From: Lentisphaerota bacterium
GTDB lineage: Bacteria; Verrucomicrobiota; Kiritimatiellia; JAAZAB01
Length of the DNA: 27,261 nucleotides
Direction of reading: 5' to 3'
NCBI GenBank assembly: GCA_016199105.1
Contig: JACQHI010000056.1
Span: forward strand, 1 to 27,261
Shown here: in pieces, positions 24,910 through 27,261 of the stretch
Layout of the letters: every line of letters starts with the position of its first letter
Numbering within the stretch: position 1 is the first letter of the stretch
The notes under the pieces: generated by a model
What the model was told of the DNA's origin: nothing
What the model saw: only the letters and a program-made list of their open reading frames with translations
Database searches by the model: none
Made by a program: the position numbers and the translations under genes

Positions 24910-25779
24910 ATGATCATCGACGCGCACAACCATCCGGACTGGCACGGTCATAGCCTGGACAAATATCTGGCCAATATGAACCGGCATGGAATCGATGTCG
25001 CCTGGCTTCTGGCCTGGGAGTGTCCGCCGGACGAATACGATCCGAGTTATAATTATTGCATCCCGGAAACGGGGGCGGGCGGGCCGATTCCCTTCGCGCG
25101 GTGTCGTTCCTATGCCGAGCGGGCGCCGGGCCGGTTCGTTCTCGGCTACGCGCCCGACCCGCGCCGGCCGGACGCCATTGACCGTCTGCGCGCGGCGGTG
25201 GAGATTTTCGGCGTCCAGGTCTGCGGCGAACTGAAGCTGAGAATGATGTATGACAATCCCGATGCCCTCCGCCTGTTCCGGTTTTGCGGCGAACGGCGCA
25301 TCCCGGTGACCGTTCACGTAGATTACGAGTTCAAGACCGGGGTCGTGTATCCCCGCCCATCCTGGTGGTATGGCGGCGGCATCGAGCCCCTGGAACGGGC
25401 CGTCCGGAAATGTCCCGACACGGTTTTCCTCGGTCATGCGCCCGGGTTCTGGTCTCACATTTCCGGCGATGACCAGTACGACAAGGCGATGTATCCCGCC
25501 GGCAAGGTCCAGCCCGGCGGCCGGGTCGTCGAGCTGATGCGGACGTGTCCGAACCTGTACGGCGATCTGTCGGCCGGGTCCGGGTGCAACGCGTTGAAGC
25601 GGGACCCGGAATTCGCGAAGGCGTTCATCCTCGAATTCCAGGATCGCCTGCTCTACGCCCGCGATTACTTCGACAACGCACACCAGGAGTTCCTGAATTC
25701 GCTCGGCCTTCCGGCCGGCGTCCTGGATAAGCTCTACTCCGGGAACGCCCTCAAGCTGGCGCCGCTGAAAACGCCCTGA
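24910..25779 (+). CDS. Amidohydrolase family protein (Amidohydro_2-like)
   Basis: IIDAHNH, GELK, VTVH, FLGH, DLSAGSG, LLYARD. AAAGGAG SD before ATG 24910. Confidence 0.85.
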   Translation: MIIDAHNHPDWHGHSLDKYLANMNRHGIDVAWLLAWECPPDEYDPSYNYCIPETGAGGPIPFARCRSYAERAPGRFVLGYAPDPRRPDAIDRLRAAVEIFGVQVCGELKLRMMYDNPDALRLFRFCGERRIPVTVHVDYEFKTGVVYPRPSWWYGGGIEPLERAVRKCPDTVFLGHAPGFWSHISGDDQYDKAMYPAGKVQPGGRVVELMRTCPNLYGDLSAGSGCNALKRDPEFAKAFILEFQDRLLYARDYFDNAHQEFLNSLGLPAGVLDKLYSGNALKLAPLKTP

Positions 25780-27075
25780 TCATCCCTTTTCCGGCCCGGT
25801 GATGCCCCAGTATTTCTTCTGGAGCGTTTCGCGCTCGTAGTTCATGAAAGCCAGGGTTTGCGTGTAGTTCATCACCGATTTCTCCATCGTCTCCCGGAAC
25901 TCGCGCACGCGGGGAGAGGCGTCGTCCATCTTCTCGGCCGCCTTGAACTGGGCGACCAGCCGCCCGACATCCGTGTCGCGGACCAGTTGGTACATGCGGG
26001 TGAAGTCGCGCACGCAGACGATGGACTTGATCAGCCGGTGGGCGGACGGCTTCCGTTCCTGGTCGAACACGCGTTCCACATAAACGCCGGGGTCGGCGAA
26101 TTTCTCCTCGGGCGTGTCGATCAGGGCGGTGGCGGCGGCGGGGTTGGCCTTGAGCAGGTGTTGGCTGGCGGCGACGAGGAGATGGCGGGCAATGTCGTCG
26201 GTGTCCGCGATGAAGGGGCCGACGAACGGCCGGATGCGGCCGGGCCGCGTGAAGCAATACCCCTGGACCACGCCCTCGTCGTTCCGATACACGAAGCAGG
26301 CGCCCGGCCCGCCGTCGGCGAACAGAGCTTCCATGATTTCCACGCGCTCCACGAAGGAGGAGGCGTCATAGCGGATCACGTCGGGTAAATCCGTTTTTGT
26401 CATGGCCTGGACATGCAGGGAATCGAAGGCGGCCCCGGCGAATTCCTTGAGTTCATAGGTGGAGCGCCAGAGGCGGAAGGAATTGACGTAGCCGACGGCG
26501 CCATAGACGGTATTGCCCATGGGCGTCGCGTCAAGGCCGTTGACGATCTTGCCGGAGTCGATGGCATACTTGACGCAATGCTGCATCATGGCGTTGGCCA
26601 GGCCCTGGCGTCGCAATTCGGGGTGCACCAGGATCATGCCGATCCACGTGTTGTTCCGGCCGAGCGGCAGCACGGACGCCGTGCCGATGGGAAGGCCCGA
26701 GAGCAGGGCCACGAAGGAGCCGTGCGGATCGAGATCGATCATGCGATGGATGTCCCGCTCGTTCTGGTTCCAACCCGCCCGCATGGTGAGCAGGTGCATG
26801 CTGTCGCGATACTTCCCGATTTCCTTGAGGCGGAAGAAGGGGGTGTTGACCGCCTTGGTGTTGGCGGGCAGCTCGAGCTTGAGGGATTCCGGGACCGTGA
26901 CGTGGATTTTCTTTCCGCTTTTAAAGACGATCTCGACGTCGCGTTCCGGGGCGAACGCGTCGCCCTTGGGATTGTTGAAGCGGAAGCAGCCGTAAAGCTG
27001 GTCGAGATACTTGTCCTTCCCGAGAACGATGCTGGAGACCTTGCGCGGATCGCCTTTTTTGATCAATGTGGCCAT
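25780..27075 (-). CDS. Extended GNAT-family N-acetyltransferase
   Basis: GWNQ, WIGMILVHPELRRQGLA (acetyl-CoA motif A), LDATPMG..VY...G, IGPF-type GPFIA second domain, C-terminal GPEKG. Confidence 0.82.
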   Translation of the reverse strand: MATLIKKGDPRKVSSIVLGKDKYLDQLYGCFRFNNPKGDAFAPERDVEIVFKSGKKIHVTVPESLKLELPANTKAVNTPFFRLKEIGKYRDSMHLLTMRAGWNQNERDIHRMIDLDPHGSFVALLSGLPIGTASVLPLGRNNTWIGMILVHPELRRQGLANAMMQHCVKYAIDSGKIVNGLDATPMGNTVYGAVGYVNSFRLWRSTYELKEFAGAAFDSLHVQAMTKTDLPDVIRYDASSFVERVEIMEALFADGGPGACFVYRNDEGVVQGYCFTRPGRIRPFVGPFIADTDDIARHLLVAASQHLLKANPAAATALIDTPEEKFADPGVYVERVFDQERKPSAHRLIKSIVCVRDFTRMYQLVRDTDVGRLVAQFKAAEKMDDASPRVREFRETMEKSVMNYTQTLAFMNYERETLQKKYWGITGPEKG

Positions 27076-27261
27076 GCGTCACTCCTCTGCTGTCAGGGTT
27101 GTTGCGGGTTCGGGGAGGTATTTATAAACACGCCGCGCCGGAATTGGAAGCGGAAAGATCGAGGCGGCAGGCAAAAAATCCAACCGTGCTGCTTCTTGCA
27201 AAACTCCAGACGGCTCGCCGGAGTCTCGCCCTCCATGTTACCAAACACGTGGTTTTCCGGA

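Overview
High-GC bacterial chromosomal window; a PVC-like origin (Verrucomicrobia/Kiritimatiellae/Lentisphaerae) is only a weak impression. It is mostly housekeeping and metabolic genes: 5'-truncated rho, tig-clpP-clpX, panD, a secreted 5'-nucleotidase-type phosphoesterase, CCA-adding enzyme, pdp-punA-cdd nucleoside catabolism, a KamA-family radical SAM enzyme, phhB, a sugar-acid catabolic cluster ending in eda-kdgK, dtd, an amidohydrolase and an extended GNAT. The best candidate for an undescribed system is 6602-10380. A DUF2207 membrane protein is followed by a shorter single-TM relative ending in CSSCSSCGGCGGCGGCGG, and 7 nt later by an RRE-less radical SAM/SPASM enzyme. This suggests RiPP-like modification of a membrane-anchored Cys/Gly tail (inference). 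Other notable items not shown in the ORF track: a 21-codon hicA remnant after an intact hicB; a BrnA-type antitoxin fragment fused in frame to a hydrolase; a CACGTG-dense 145-bp element bounded by imperfect inverted repeats; a covarying GTAG-REP-like doublet; a perfect 25-bp palindrome at the eda RBS; a hairpin whose arms contain two convergent stop codons; and heptamer micro-repeats at gene junctions. I saw no rRNA, tRNA, CRISPR array, transposase or integrase. All family assignments come from motif recognition by eye, not database searches.
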